Shown: positions 27,022-38,800 of the stretch, in pieces | Layout of the letters: each line of letters starts with the position of its first letter | Position numbering within the stretch: position 1 is the first letter of the stretch | DNA from: Laetmonice hystrix | Lineage: Eukaryota | DNA length: 64,000 nucleotides | Assembly: GCA_965235115.1 (NCBI GenBank) | Contig: OZ249436.1 | Span: 11,472,001 to 11,536,000 of the forward strand | Direction of reading: 5' to 3' | Translations under genes and position numbers: made by a program | Notes under the pieces: model-generated | What the model was told of the DNA's origin: nothing | Seen by the model: the letters and a program-made list of their open reading frames with translations, nothing else | Database searches by the model: none

Positions 27022-27432
27022 TCGTCACAGGTTCCCCAATCAACCCCCACACCATAACACCAACCAATCCTAGCAAGCCGTTCACCCGTGACCAATCACG
27101 ACCCTCGTCACAGGTTCCCCAATCAACCCCTACACCATAACACCAACCAATCCTAGCAAGCCGTTCACCTGTGACCAATCAGGACCCTCGTCACAGGTTC
27201 CCCAATCAACCCCTACACCATAACACCAACCAATCCTAGCAAGCCGTTCACCTGTGACCAATCAGGACCCTCGTCACAGGTTCCCCAATCAACCCCTACA
27301 CCATAACACCAACCAATCCTAGCAAGCCGTTCACCCGTGACTAATCAGAACCCTCGTCACAGGTTCCCCAATCAAACCCTACACCATAACACCAACCAAT
27401 CCTAGCAAGCCGTTCACCCATGACCAATCAAG
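27022..27432. repeat. Minisatellite, ~5 copies of an 83-bp unit
   Basis: cgtcacaggttccccaatc recurs at 27023, 27106, 27189, 27272 and 27355. Confidence 0.95.
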
Positions 27433-28329
27433 GCATCTGGAATTTCATGCCACATAACCATATATGTATAAACTGATTATAATAAAATTGCATGTACAAA
27501 ACAGAGAAACTCCTGGGGCTGCCTGGACCCTGGTAATAATGTAGGATTGGAGGTCCTACTAACACGCCCTTATCGGGACCTCATAAACCAATACAGTTAG
27601 AAACGTTATCTCGTCTACCTTTTTATGAGAGAAGCAGTCAGCCTTCAGGATACTAATAAAGGGGTAAAACAAAAACATGTTTCAACACGAACAAATATAT
27701 ACCCTTGTCGTTTATCTGTGACACTTGGCAGTACTTAATGCTACCTCAGTATCGTGTTTCATAATTATCCCATCCCCTATCCAGGGGATGGGATCTAGAA
27801 ATTGTGTGGTTTCGGTTTCCGTATTATTATTTGCGTAGTAGTAGTAGTAGTAGTAAACAAATTTGTTAACAAGGGGTCATAACTCGGTCATTTTTCAAGA
27901 TATCTAAGTCAAACTTGGTGGGCATATTGCCAGTCACAAACTCTGATCTGCCAATGAGTCATGACGTCACATGACGTAACGTCAGGACGTCATGACGTCA
28001 TTCGTGTTGTGACTATTTGGACGGTTTTCAAAGTCAATATGGATACTTTCCAGGAACTGATGACACTGTTAGAATTGGGCAAGGACCTAATTCATATTTT
28101 GCAAATATTTTGACCTTTGACCTTTGACATGTCATAAAACTAGGTCAAAAGTCAGAAAATGCTTAAATCCTTACTTCTTCCTCAATTTTCATTAAAATTT
28201 CATGAAATTGCACAGGGATGGTGTCTAACGAGAGTTTCAAAGGAATCAGGTTTGCTATAATTGATTTGACCTATATTCGCTGAGTCACGTGACTTCAAAG
28301 TTTTGAACAGTGGTCAATTTGGCTATTTA

Positions 28330-31055
28330 TGGCTATAACTCATAAACGGTGCCAGAAAGGGCCATAGCTACTATTGAACACGAATAGGAAGTCATGCATG
28401 CTCTTTCAGTTGACCGCAAGTTTGATGACGTAGCGTGACGTATGACGTCATAATGACGTCATCAATATTTTCAAAGACCTATAACTCCTAAACGGTGGGA
28501 GATAAAGCCATGGTTACTATTGAACACGAATAGGAAGTCATGCATGCTCTTTCATTTGACGCCAAGTTTGATGGCGTAGCGTGACGTATGACGTCATAAT
28601 GACGTCATCAGTATTTTCTAGGGTCTATAAGTCCTAAACGGTGGGAGATAGAGCCATGCTTACTATTGAACACAAATAGGAAGTCATGGATGCTCTTTCA
28701 ATTGAGCCCAAGTTTATTGACGTATCGTGACGTATGACGTCATAATGACGTCATTGGTAGCTTCTATGGCCTATACCTCAAGAGCAGTGCAAGATAGAAC
28801 CATAGTTACTATTGAACACGAATAGGAAGTCATGGATGCTCTTTCAATTGAGGCCAAGTTTGATGACGTAGCGTGACGTATGACGTCATAATGAGTCATC
28901 AATATTTTCAAAGACCTATAACTCCTAAACGGTGGGAGATAAAGCCATGGTTACTATTGAGCATGAATAGGAAGTCATACATGCTCTTTCAATTGACACC
29001 AACATTTATTAGGTAGCGTGACGTATGACATCATAATGACGTCATTGGTATCTTTTATGGGCTATAAGTCGAAAACAGTGCAAGATAGGACCATAGTTAC
29101 TATTGAACACGTATAGGAAGTCATACATGCTCTTTCAATTGTAGCCAAGTTTGATGACGCAGCGTGACGTATGACGTCATAATGACATCATCAATATTTT
29201 CTAGGAACTATAACTCTTAAACGGTGGGAGATAAAGCCATAGTTACTATTGAACATGAATAGGAAGTCATACATGCTCTTTCAATTGACACCAACATTTA
29301 TTAGGTAGCGTGACGTATGACATCATAATGACGTCATTGGTATCTTTTATGGGCTATAAGTCGAAAACAGTGCAAGATAGGACCATAGTTACTATTGAAC
29401 ACGTATAGGAAGTCATACATGCTCTTTCAATTGTAGCCAAGTTTGATGACGCAGCGTGACGTATGACGTCATAATGACATCATCAATATTTTCTAGGGAC
29501 TATAACTCTTAAACGGTGGGAGATAAAGCCATAGTTACTATTGAACACGAATAGGAAGTCATACATGCTCTTTCAGTTGACGCCAAGTTTGATGACGTAG
29601 CGTGACCTATGACGTCACAATGACGTCATCAGTATTTTCTAGGGTCTATAAGTCCTAAACGGTGGGAGATAGAGCCATGGTTACTATTGAACACAAATAG
29701 GAAGTCATGGATGCTCTTTCACCTGAGGCCAAGTGTAATGACGTAGCATGACGTTGACGTCATAGTGACGTCATCAATATTTTCTAAGGCCTATAACTCC
29801 TAAACGGTGGGAGATAAAACTATGGTTACTATTGGACATGAATAGAAAGTCATACATGCTTTTTCAATTGACACCAACATTTATAGGATAGTGTGACGTA
29901 TGACGTCATAATGACGTCATTGGTATCTTCTATCGCCTATAACTCAAGAACGGTGCAAGATAGGACCATAGTTACTATTGAACACAAATAGGAAGTCATG
30001 CCCTTTTATTTGAAGCCAAGTTTGATGACGTAGTGTGACGTATGACGTCATAATTACGTCATCAATATTTTCTAAGGCCTGTAACTCCTAAACAATGGGA
30101 GATAAAACCATGGTTACTATTGGACATGAATAGAAAGTCATACATGCTTTTTCAATTGACACCAACATTGATTAGGTAGCGTGACGTATGACGTCATAAT
30201 GACGTCATTGGTATCTTCTATGGCCTATAAGTCGAAAACAGTGCAAGATAGGACCATAGTTACTATTGAACACGTATAGGAAGTCATACATGCTCTTTCA
30301 ATTGAAGCCAAGTTTGATGACGTAGCGTGACGTATGACGTCATAATGACGTCATCAATATTTTCTAGGGGCTATAACTCTTAAACGGTGTGAGGTAAAGC
30401 CAGAGCTACTATTGAACACGAATAGGAAGTCATACATGCTCTTTCAACTCAGGCCAAGTTTAATGACGTAGCATGACGTATAACGTCATAATGACGTCAT
30501 CAATGTTTTCCAAGGCCTATAACTCCTAAACGGTGGGAGATAAAGCCATGGTTACTATTGAACATGAATAGGAAGTCATACATGCTCTTTCAATTGACGC
30601 CAACATTTATTAGGTAGCGTGACGTATGATGTCATAATGACGTCATTACTATCTTCTATGGCCTATAAGTCGAAAACAGTGCAAGATAGGACCATAGTTA
30701 CTATTGAACACGAATAGGAAGTCCTACATGCTCTTTCAATTGAGGCCAAGTTTGATGACGTAGCGTGACGTATGACGTCATAATGACGTCATCAGTATTT
30801 TCTAGGGCCTATAACTCTTAAACGGTGGGAGATAAAGCCACAGTTACTATTGAGCACGAATAGGAAGTCATGCATGCTCTTTCAACTGAGGCCAAGTTTA
30901 ATGACGTAGCATGACGTATGACGTCATAGTGGCGTTATCTATATTTTCTAAGGCCTATAACTCCTAAACGGTGGGAGATAAAGCCATGGTTACTACTGAA
31001 CATAAATAGGAAATCATACATGTTCTTTCAATTGACACCAACATTTATAAACGTC
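28330..31055 (+). repeat. ~146-bp tandem array 1 (about 18-19 units) inside the HINE
   Basis: Marker ctattgaac recurs at 28371, 28517, 28663, 28809, 28954 and onward. The unit contains aaacggtgggagata, ataggaagtcat and tgacgtatgacgtcataatgacgtcat. Confidence 0.95.
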
Positions 31056-31639
31056 ATAATGACCTTACTAAGTCATAGGGACATGCCCCCCAAGGGATGG
31101 GATCCATCGTGGTTTTCACCACGACAGGTCTAGCTTGCGTAGTAGTAGTAGTAAACAATTTGTTAACAGGGTCATTTAACAGGGCCATAACTCGGTCATT
31201 TTTCAAGATATCTAAGTCAAACTTGGTGGGTATGTTCACAGTCACCAACTCTGATGTGACAATGAGTCATGACATCACATGACGTAACGTCATCACGTCA
31301 TGAAGTTATTCGTGTTGTGAATATTAGGACGGTTTTCAAGGTCATTATGGATACTCTTGAGGAACTCATGACACTGACAAAATTGGGCAAGGACCTAATT
31401 CATATTTTGCAAAAATTTTGACCTTTGACCTTTGACATGTCTGAAATCTAGGTCAAAGGTCAGAAAATACTTAAAACCTATCTTCTTCCTCAATTTTCAT
31501 TAAAATTTTATGAAATTGCATAGGGATGGTCTCTAACGAGAGCTCCAAAGGAATCCGCTTCGCTACCATTGATTTGACCTATATTCGCGGAGTCACGTGA
31601 CTTAAAAATTTTGAACAGTGGTCAATTTGGCTATCTATT

Positions 31640-33200
31640 GCTATAACTCATAAACGGTGCCAGAAATGGCCATAGTTACTATTGAACACGAATAGGAAGT
31701 CATGCATGCTCTTTCAGTTGACGCCAAGTTTGATGACGTAGCGTGACGTATGACGTCATAATGACGTCATCAGTATTTTCTAGGGTCTATAACTCCTAAA
31801 CGGTGGGAGATAGAGCCATGGTTACTATTGAACACAAATAGGAAGTCATGGATGCTCTTTCAATTGAGCCCAAGTTTATTGACGTATCGTGACGTATGAC
31901 GTCATAATGACGTCATTGGTATCTTCTATGGCCTATAACTCAAGAGCAGTGCAAGATAGGACCATAGTTACTATTAAACACGAATAGGAAGTCATGCATG
32001 CTCTTTCAGTTGACGCCAAGTTTCATGACGTAGCGTGACGTATGACGTCATAATGACGTCATCAATGTTTTCCAAGACCTATAACTCCTAAATGGTGGGA
32101 GATAAAGCCATGGTTACTATTGAACACGAATAGGAAGTCATGCATGCTCTTTCAGTTGACGCCAAGTTTCATGACGTAGCGTGACGTATGACGTCATAAT
32201 GACGTCATCAATGTTTTCCAAGACCTATAACTCCTAAATGGTGGGAGATAAAGCCATGGTTACTATTGAACATGAATAGGAAGTCATACATGCTCTTTCA
32301 ATTGATACCAATATTGATTAGGTAGCGTGACATATGACGTCATAATGATGTCATTGGTATCTTCTATGGCCTATAACTTAAGAATGGTGGAAGATAGGAC
32401 CATAGTTACTATTGAACACGTATAGGAAGTCATAGATGGTCTTTCACTGGACACCAAGATTCATGACGTAGCATGACGTATGACGTCATAATGACGTTAT
32501 TGCCATGTCATAGGCCCTATAGCTTGTAAACAGTGGGATATGGAGCCATGGTTACTATTGAACATGAATAGGAAGTCATACATGCTCTTTCGATTGACAT
32601 CAACATTTATCAGGTTGCGTGACGTATCGTATGACGTCATAATGACATAATTGGTATTTCTATGGCCTATAACTCGAGAACGGTGCAAGATAGGACCATA
32701 GTTACTAGTGAGCACAAATAGGAAGTCATATATGCCCTTTCAATCGAAGTCAAGTTTGATGACCTAGTGTGACGTATGACGTCATAATTACGTCGTCAAT
32801 ATTTTCTAAGGCCTATGACTCCTAAACGGTCGGAGATAGAGCCATAGTTACTATTGAACATGAATAGGAAGTCATAGATGCTCTTTTAATTGACACCAAC
32901 ATTTATAACATAGCGTGACATATGACGTCATAATGACGTCATTGGTGTCTTCTATGGCCTATAATTCAAGAACAGTGCAAGGTAGAACCATAATTACTGT
33001 TGAACACAAAAAGGAAGTCATATGCCATTTTATTCAAAGCCGAGTTTGATGACGCAGTGTGACGTATGACGTAATGATGACATCATCAATATTTTCTAAG
33101 GCCTTTAACTCCTAACTGGTGGGAGATAAAACCATGGTTACTATTGAACACGAATAGGAAGTCATACATGCTCCATCAATTGACACCAACATTTATAAAC
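31640..33200 (+). repeat. ~146-bp tandem array 2 (about 10-11 units) inside the HINE
   Basis: Same unit as array 1, preceded by a diverged second copy of the ~480-bp leader. Confidence 0.95.
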
Positions 33201-34984
33201 GTGATAATGACCTTACTAAGTCATAGGGACATGTCCCCCAAGGGATGGGATCCATCGTGGTTTTATCCACGACAGGTCTAGTTCTATATGAAAGGACCTC
33301 AATTAGCTGTGTAATCTGTAAGCAGCGACTAAATGACTGTTGTCTGGCGCGGCGTGCTGTAGTTTGTAATTAGTTGAAGATGCTCACCTCAATCGGTGGC
33401 CACTTAAATGTGCCACTGTTTTTACCTATTATCAGTTACTGTCTAATCCTCGGGGATTCTTCCGACTTCAGGGCTTTGACGTGGCTAAATGATCAAAGTA
33501 CCGTCGTCAAGGATGAATGCCCATCAGTTGTTCTTACCATCTGATGTCAGGAGAGATTTACTACCTTCAGACTATAACCAACCACAAATCGTGGTTCCTA
33601 CCTTCTTAAAGAACGACACCCCCCCCCCCCCCAAAAAAAATTATTTCTTTATCGAAATAGATATCTTAAATTGCAGAATTTTGAAGACCCCGTAACCTGT
33701 AACTCCGTTCCTTCTTATTGGCGTTCTCGGCTGGAGATCTTAATGAATCCTACCACCAGTGTGACGACCAGCTAGGCCAATCACACCTTCACAATCACTA
33801 TAACTGTGTGCAGATGTATTCAAACATAATGTAGTCAGTAAGTGAATAGACCTATTTGTTAGTAAACTATCTCTTGTGCTAACTGAATATTTTACCCCCA
33901 ACTACTTCAGTATGAACGTGACATGACACATATTTATCTGTTCATGAGGCAAGTTTTGCACACTATTTCACAAGTACTCTTAGCACGAAGCTGCGGATTG
34001 CTATAATATCCCTTCTTATGAGAATAGGGCTTGAAATCTACACTCAAAACATAATTTTCTCCGTGGCCCCCATTCTTTACTCCTACCAAACCCAATAGAA
34101 AATATGTATGTGCTACGCTTTACTTTTCTCAACTCTTATCTCTCTGACCATGGGTAAGTCTTTCTTCATACACAACTCTTTGTCATAACTCATTAACTGT
34201 ACCTTTTAGAAAAAAAAAATCAGAAATAATCGGAAATTCCGTTCTTAGGGGCCTACATACATTCCAGAGTTATCGTTTCATCATACAAAACTCCACAAAG
34301 GTAAAGTCGTATTTTACTGCCGTACGTATCAGAAGTGATAATCAAACCGGTTCCTTTCGCAGTCTCTAATCTCTGTGTCAGATTCTATTGCCAGCAGAGT
34401 CACAACCATGTCAGATCCTGAATTTGCCCTGCAACCACAGGGAATCTAGTTACAATCTTCCCCATTCATCAGCGTCTTCTCTCTGCTCGTCACACACCTA
34501 CAGTTACCCTGGTGAGGGCAATTACCAACCCCACTGCCAATCTACAAGGATGTCACCATGTGAAAAACGCGAGTGAGCTCCAATACAAGGAAGTGTCAAT
34601 TTCCATGTTTAATTTCCCTGCCTTATACTGATATATGTACTGTACAGACGCAACGGGGCACGGACAAGTGCCATGTTAAGTCTATAATGTAGTGTGGAGC
34701 TCCCCCGACTGGCTGACATACAGTCACCTCATAGGTAGTCCCCAGGTTACTTGAAAAGTTTAACAAGGCACACGTTCGGCGGCCTATACAATGGGGACTG
34801 TTAACATTGGCAGGCCCCAGTCATTAGATTCGGGAGAGTGGCCGGGCACTCCTGCAAGGTCGTCCCATTGAGACTCGCTCACAGACATTACAACCTTGCC
34901 AAGTTTACAACATGCAACATGATGCATTGCTTTTTCGCAAAGAAGTTCTGACTTTATTTGTCATACGGTCAACAATGACACAAC

Positions 34985-35478
34985 TATGAAACCCCTAAGG
35001 GTAACCAGAAAGGACAGAGGTGGGGAAAAATTACGTTATTTCATTCCAACGAAATGATTTGGTTCCGACGAAATAATCTATTTCGTTCTCAAGAAATGAT
35101 TTCGTGGGAAAGAAATAGCATATTTCATTTCTTAGAAATGATTTTGAGGGAGTAAAATATGTTATTTCGTCCCCCAAAAAATCCTTTTGGAGGAAAATCA
35201 TTTCGAGAGAATGAAATCATTCAATTTCATTCCCACAAAATGATTTCGAGGGAATGAAATAACATTTCATTACCTCAAAATCATTTTGAGGGAATGAATT
35301 CTATACTTCAAAATGATTTCAAGGGAACGAAATATATAATTTCGTTCCCTTGAAATGATAAAATAACATATTTCTTCCCCATGAAATCATTTCGAGGCAA
35401 CGAATTATCTTATTTCGTTCTCACGAAATGATTTTGAGATCATCTTTTTTACACTCATGTCCCCACAGGGGCTCCGTA
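34985..35478. mobile_element. Older foldback-type element with internal (atttcg/acgaaat)-rich subrepeats
   Basis: Degenerate TIRs tatgaaacccct ... aggggctccgta. The interior is made of short direct and inverted gaaatgatttcg-type units. Same architecture as 4442-5589. Confidence 0.65.
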
Positions 35479-35655
35479 CACACCTGTTTCAGCATCTCAT
35501 TCTGCTGATCAAATATGTCATCATTATGAGTTAGGGATCTAAGAAAGTCTTGAGAAAGCTACACATAATCATTATACACATATCAATTCCCTAAAGCCTT
35601 TCTTACTACCGCTATACTGACTCACGTACACCGCTTTGGGGCAAACTTAACTCAC

Positions 35656-35815
35656 CTTTTTATTGACTTCCAAAAGTTAGATGTCAGAAGAAAAGGCAAA
35701 CTGGATTAACATCCTTGGTAAAAGGACATACTGAGTCATGTGGGATCAACCTGGACCGGTTGAAATAGGTTAGGCGGACTGGGAGCTTACCTGCAAAAAT
35801 AAAATAAACAGAAAT
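35656..35815 (-). other. Candidate recursive splice site (3'ss fused to 5'ss) plus 135-nt RS-exon
   Basis: Minus strand reads atttctgtttattttatttttgcag|GTAAGC at 35791/35790. A second donor AAG|gtgagt follows 135 nt downstream (35656/35655). Same strand as the cadherin gene. Confidence 0.55.
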
Positions 35816-38800
35816 TACATTAATACTACTGATGGAACAGAGGTGCTAAACGACTACCTTTTAACAATAACGAAAATATGAAAAAGCAGACCCGATTGGT
35901 TATTTGGTGAGGCCGTAACAATCTATCCTTCTAACCCTAACTTAAGCACACCATTGGAATCCACCCCATTGTGAGGGTATAACTGTAGTCGCGGTACCCC
36001 TCTATACCCGTGTGTACCCTTGCGTGTTGGAGCGGACGGTGTACACGTGGGAATGGGTCAAGGTAATACTCTGGTAAACTCCAACACTAGCAATCAGTCG
36101 TAACCCCACCCTCGTGTTGCTATCAGTTTAAGTTACCCTCTAATACTACCACGCTATTTGACGGACCTTCAAACAGAACGAATCAATATCATCAACATTT
36201 TCTTACAGCTTTAGCTAGTCATTGTTACACTTTCCATGCCCTGGGTCTGGTTATAGCTAGTCATTGCTACACTTTCCATGCCCTGGGTCTGGTCCCCATT
36301 TATCACCTGTGATAGCTGAATCACCCCGGCCCCTATTCTCCACAAATCTACCCGTTTACATACTAGGTCACCCAATCGACCCCACACACAATGGAGTCTT
36401 TGAATACCCCTACATGTCCTGTGACGTTCTCAAGTCGCACTATTATCCAAGAACTTTTATGTTGTACTTAGCCCTGGGAATACATTGTATATAGTTCCTG
36501 ATAAACTGTTCTTTCCTGGAGCACTAAACATTTTGCATGAATTCACGTAGATGAACGTGTATCTCTGTCTGAAAAGACACCAAAATGACAAACAAATAAA
36601 ACACCTAAGCTGTTGGTATTAACTATGAACATTGCGGCTGGAAGATCATTTGATTTGACACTTTTATTATACAACAGGTGTCGTAATTCTGGGACGAGAC
36701 ATGCCAATAGTTATCAGATACCTGGTGAGTCGGGGAAAATTCCAGTTTAGTCCCTCAACGTGCGGATCCTTCCAGCTAGTTTACAACATGAATGGCCGAC
36801 GGCAGTAAACGTTATGAAAAGGGAAGCCTAACAAAAGGTAATCAGTAAGAACGCTGCCCATGAAATAACGCCCAGGATTACATTATACCCCAGCGTTACC
36901 ATCTGCCATACAAATACCAGCTAATCCAAGACGCATATCAACACGCCCCCTCCAACAAAAACAGCACGCCACACCCCCACAGCAGGGTATATTGAAAAGA
37001 AGGCATGCAAATATTGTACGGCCTGCCCCTTGCCGGGTAGGAGGCTGCTTACTCGGAGCAGGCACAGTAGCCCATCAAAGCCGGGAAGAATGTTGAATCT
37101 CGTCCAACCTGACAATCAGAGACTATTTGTGTGTGACCCACAAGACCAGCCCGGGTCCAGGAAGAGGGATCACACCACCTACTTCTGTACATAGGCAGCG
37201 TGTCTGGAAATGGTCAGGTGTGTGTGGGAATGTTTGACCGAGGGTCCCAGTACGAGTACCTGCTGACACCTTAAACACCACAACAAGACGCTACCCGCGA
37301 TCTTACGGTAAAAATCCAACACCGACTCTGACCAGGGATTCTGGTTAAACAATCTTTGTGACAGATCTACTTCAGATAGGATAAGCAGCTTATAAACCAC
37401 ATTATATATCGTAAGGAAACCATTTGGTACATTATTTATCCCCCAAGTGTCTTCTCGGATATGTTCACATATCTCTGTTGCTGTGAAAGAAAACGTGAAC
37501 TAGCATCCAAAAGTTCTCTCTGACAATGGCATGAGGTAATGATGCTTGACCCTCGGGATATAATCCGTCCCTGTCGGATGAGTACATGATATTAAAGGCA
37601 ACTGCATGCATGAATAATTCGCTAAACTTAATTTCAGTCACACTTACCATCTTCCATGAAGTTCATGAGTGTTTCCATAAGAATCGTATACTAAGGGATT
37701 TCTCATTAGGGAAGATGTCTAAGAAATGTACCGTTATATAACAAAATTAACTGTAACATTTTCTTTGTGTTTTGGCTTCCAAACATTTTCCACAGCAAAT
37801 GGAAACAATGATACATGTGCTATACAGGCAATTAAAGTGTGTATACATAAGGCAATCCTTATGTCTTGTTTTATGTCATTGTGTAGAACTACAATGACAT
37901 ATGTCCTCCTTTGTTCGTTTCATAATAAAAACGATAACATCCAACATTTGGTCAAATAAACACGGAATCCTCAAAGATAAAAAAAGAAAGACATTCTCTT
38001 CAATAAAGTACTCCGTTCATATTTATCTGTCAATCTATTTCTCACCTTTTCCGCCCTCCTTGCCAGACCGACATTTCCATCAAACAACATGACAGTCCCC
38101 ACACTCGTTTACCGGTGAAAGCGTGCTTTTGGTGGCAACTTTAACGTCACCTTGGGGTGAATGTATGCTTATTTTGTAAATCGTGTGACTAGTTTTAGTG
38201 GGAATGCGGAATACACAACGTACATCATTCAAATGCAGAAACATTCCGCATTCTGCGGAAGGGTTGTCAGGTATGCCGCCAGTGTAAGGTCAATGAATAC
38301 AATGCCCCCGGCAATAAAACACCTCAGTATATTTCATTATCCTAATGAACTTCAACCATCCTAGCCCTGATAGACTCGACGCAGTTAGGTCATGGAGTTT
38401 TGCAGGAAAGTAGATTATTTTATACTGATTTGTTCAGAAGTAAGAGTCAAAGTCTACTTACTCTATACAGGTTATTAACGCTCAATCGGATTGTTAGTGA
38501 TGGTAGTTCCCACAGGTAAACTCCATGGTGTAAGTAATATAGGTACTAATCCGATGTCGATTTCTACTCGTAAACGTGTTCTGTGCTAAACACATTATTT
38601 CGTTCAATCAATGAATAACGAATTCCTCGCCATTGTGTCTCCGTAACAACAGGAAATACATTGAACCTTTGATTTCAATCAACTGTACAAAATACAATCG
38701 TCGGAACTTGTGATAATGGTCTACTGTTTAATTAAAACTTCAAACAAAGCCTTGCTCGCTGTGGTTTGTCCGGTATTTGCTACAAATTTCCCTTTTCATA

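Larger units (their letters stand above)
27765..33283 (+). mobile_element. Composite Helentron-associated (HINE/DINE-1-like) non-autonomous element: two bodies in tandem, each with an internal satellite array
   Basis: 5' subTIR atcccatccc (27767) with a nearby inverted partner gggatgggat (27785), then a (GTA)n microsatellite and tandem arrays. The 3' end has subTIR gggatgggat, a tcgtgg..ccacga stem-loop and ctag(tt), and it occurs twice (31094-31133 and 33242-33283). No TSD, T-rich ends. Confidence 0.8.

Noticed and set aside
28330..33200. Regular arrays (also 12455-12981, 27022-27432 and 53120-53580) as CRISPR-like repeat-spacer loci
   Set aside because: The sequence between the conserved motifs is homologous from unit to unit, so there are no unique spacers. 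There are no cas genes and the context is eukaryotic.
11205..36295. Short two-copy duplications (~11209-11252, ~13850-13893, ~36213-36292) and poly-C/G runs
   Set aside because: Ordinary slippage-type local duplications and homopolymers with no further structure.
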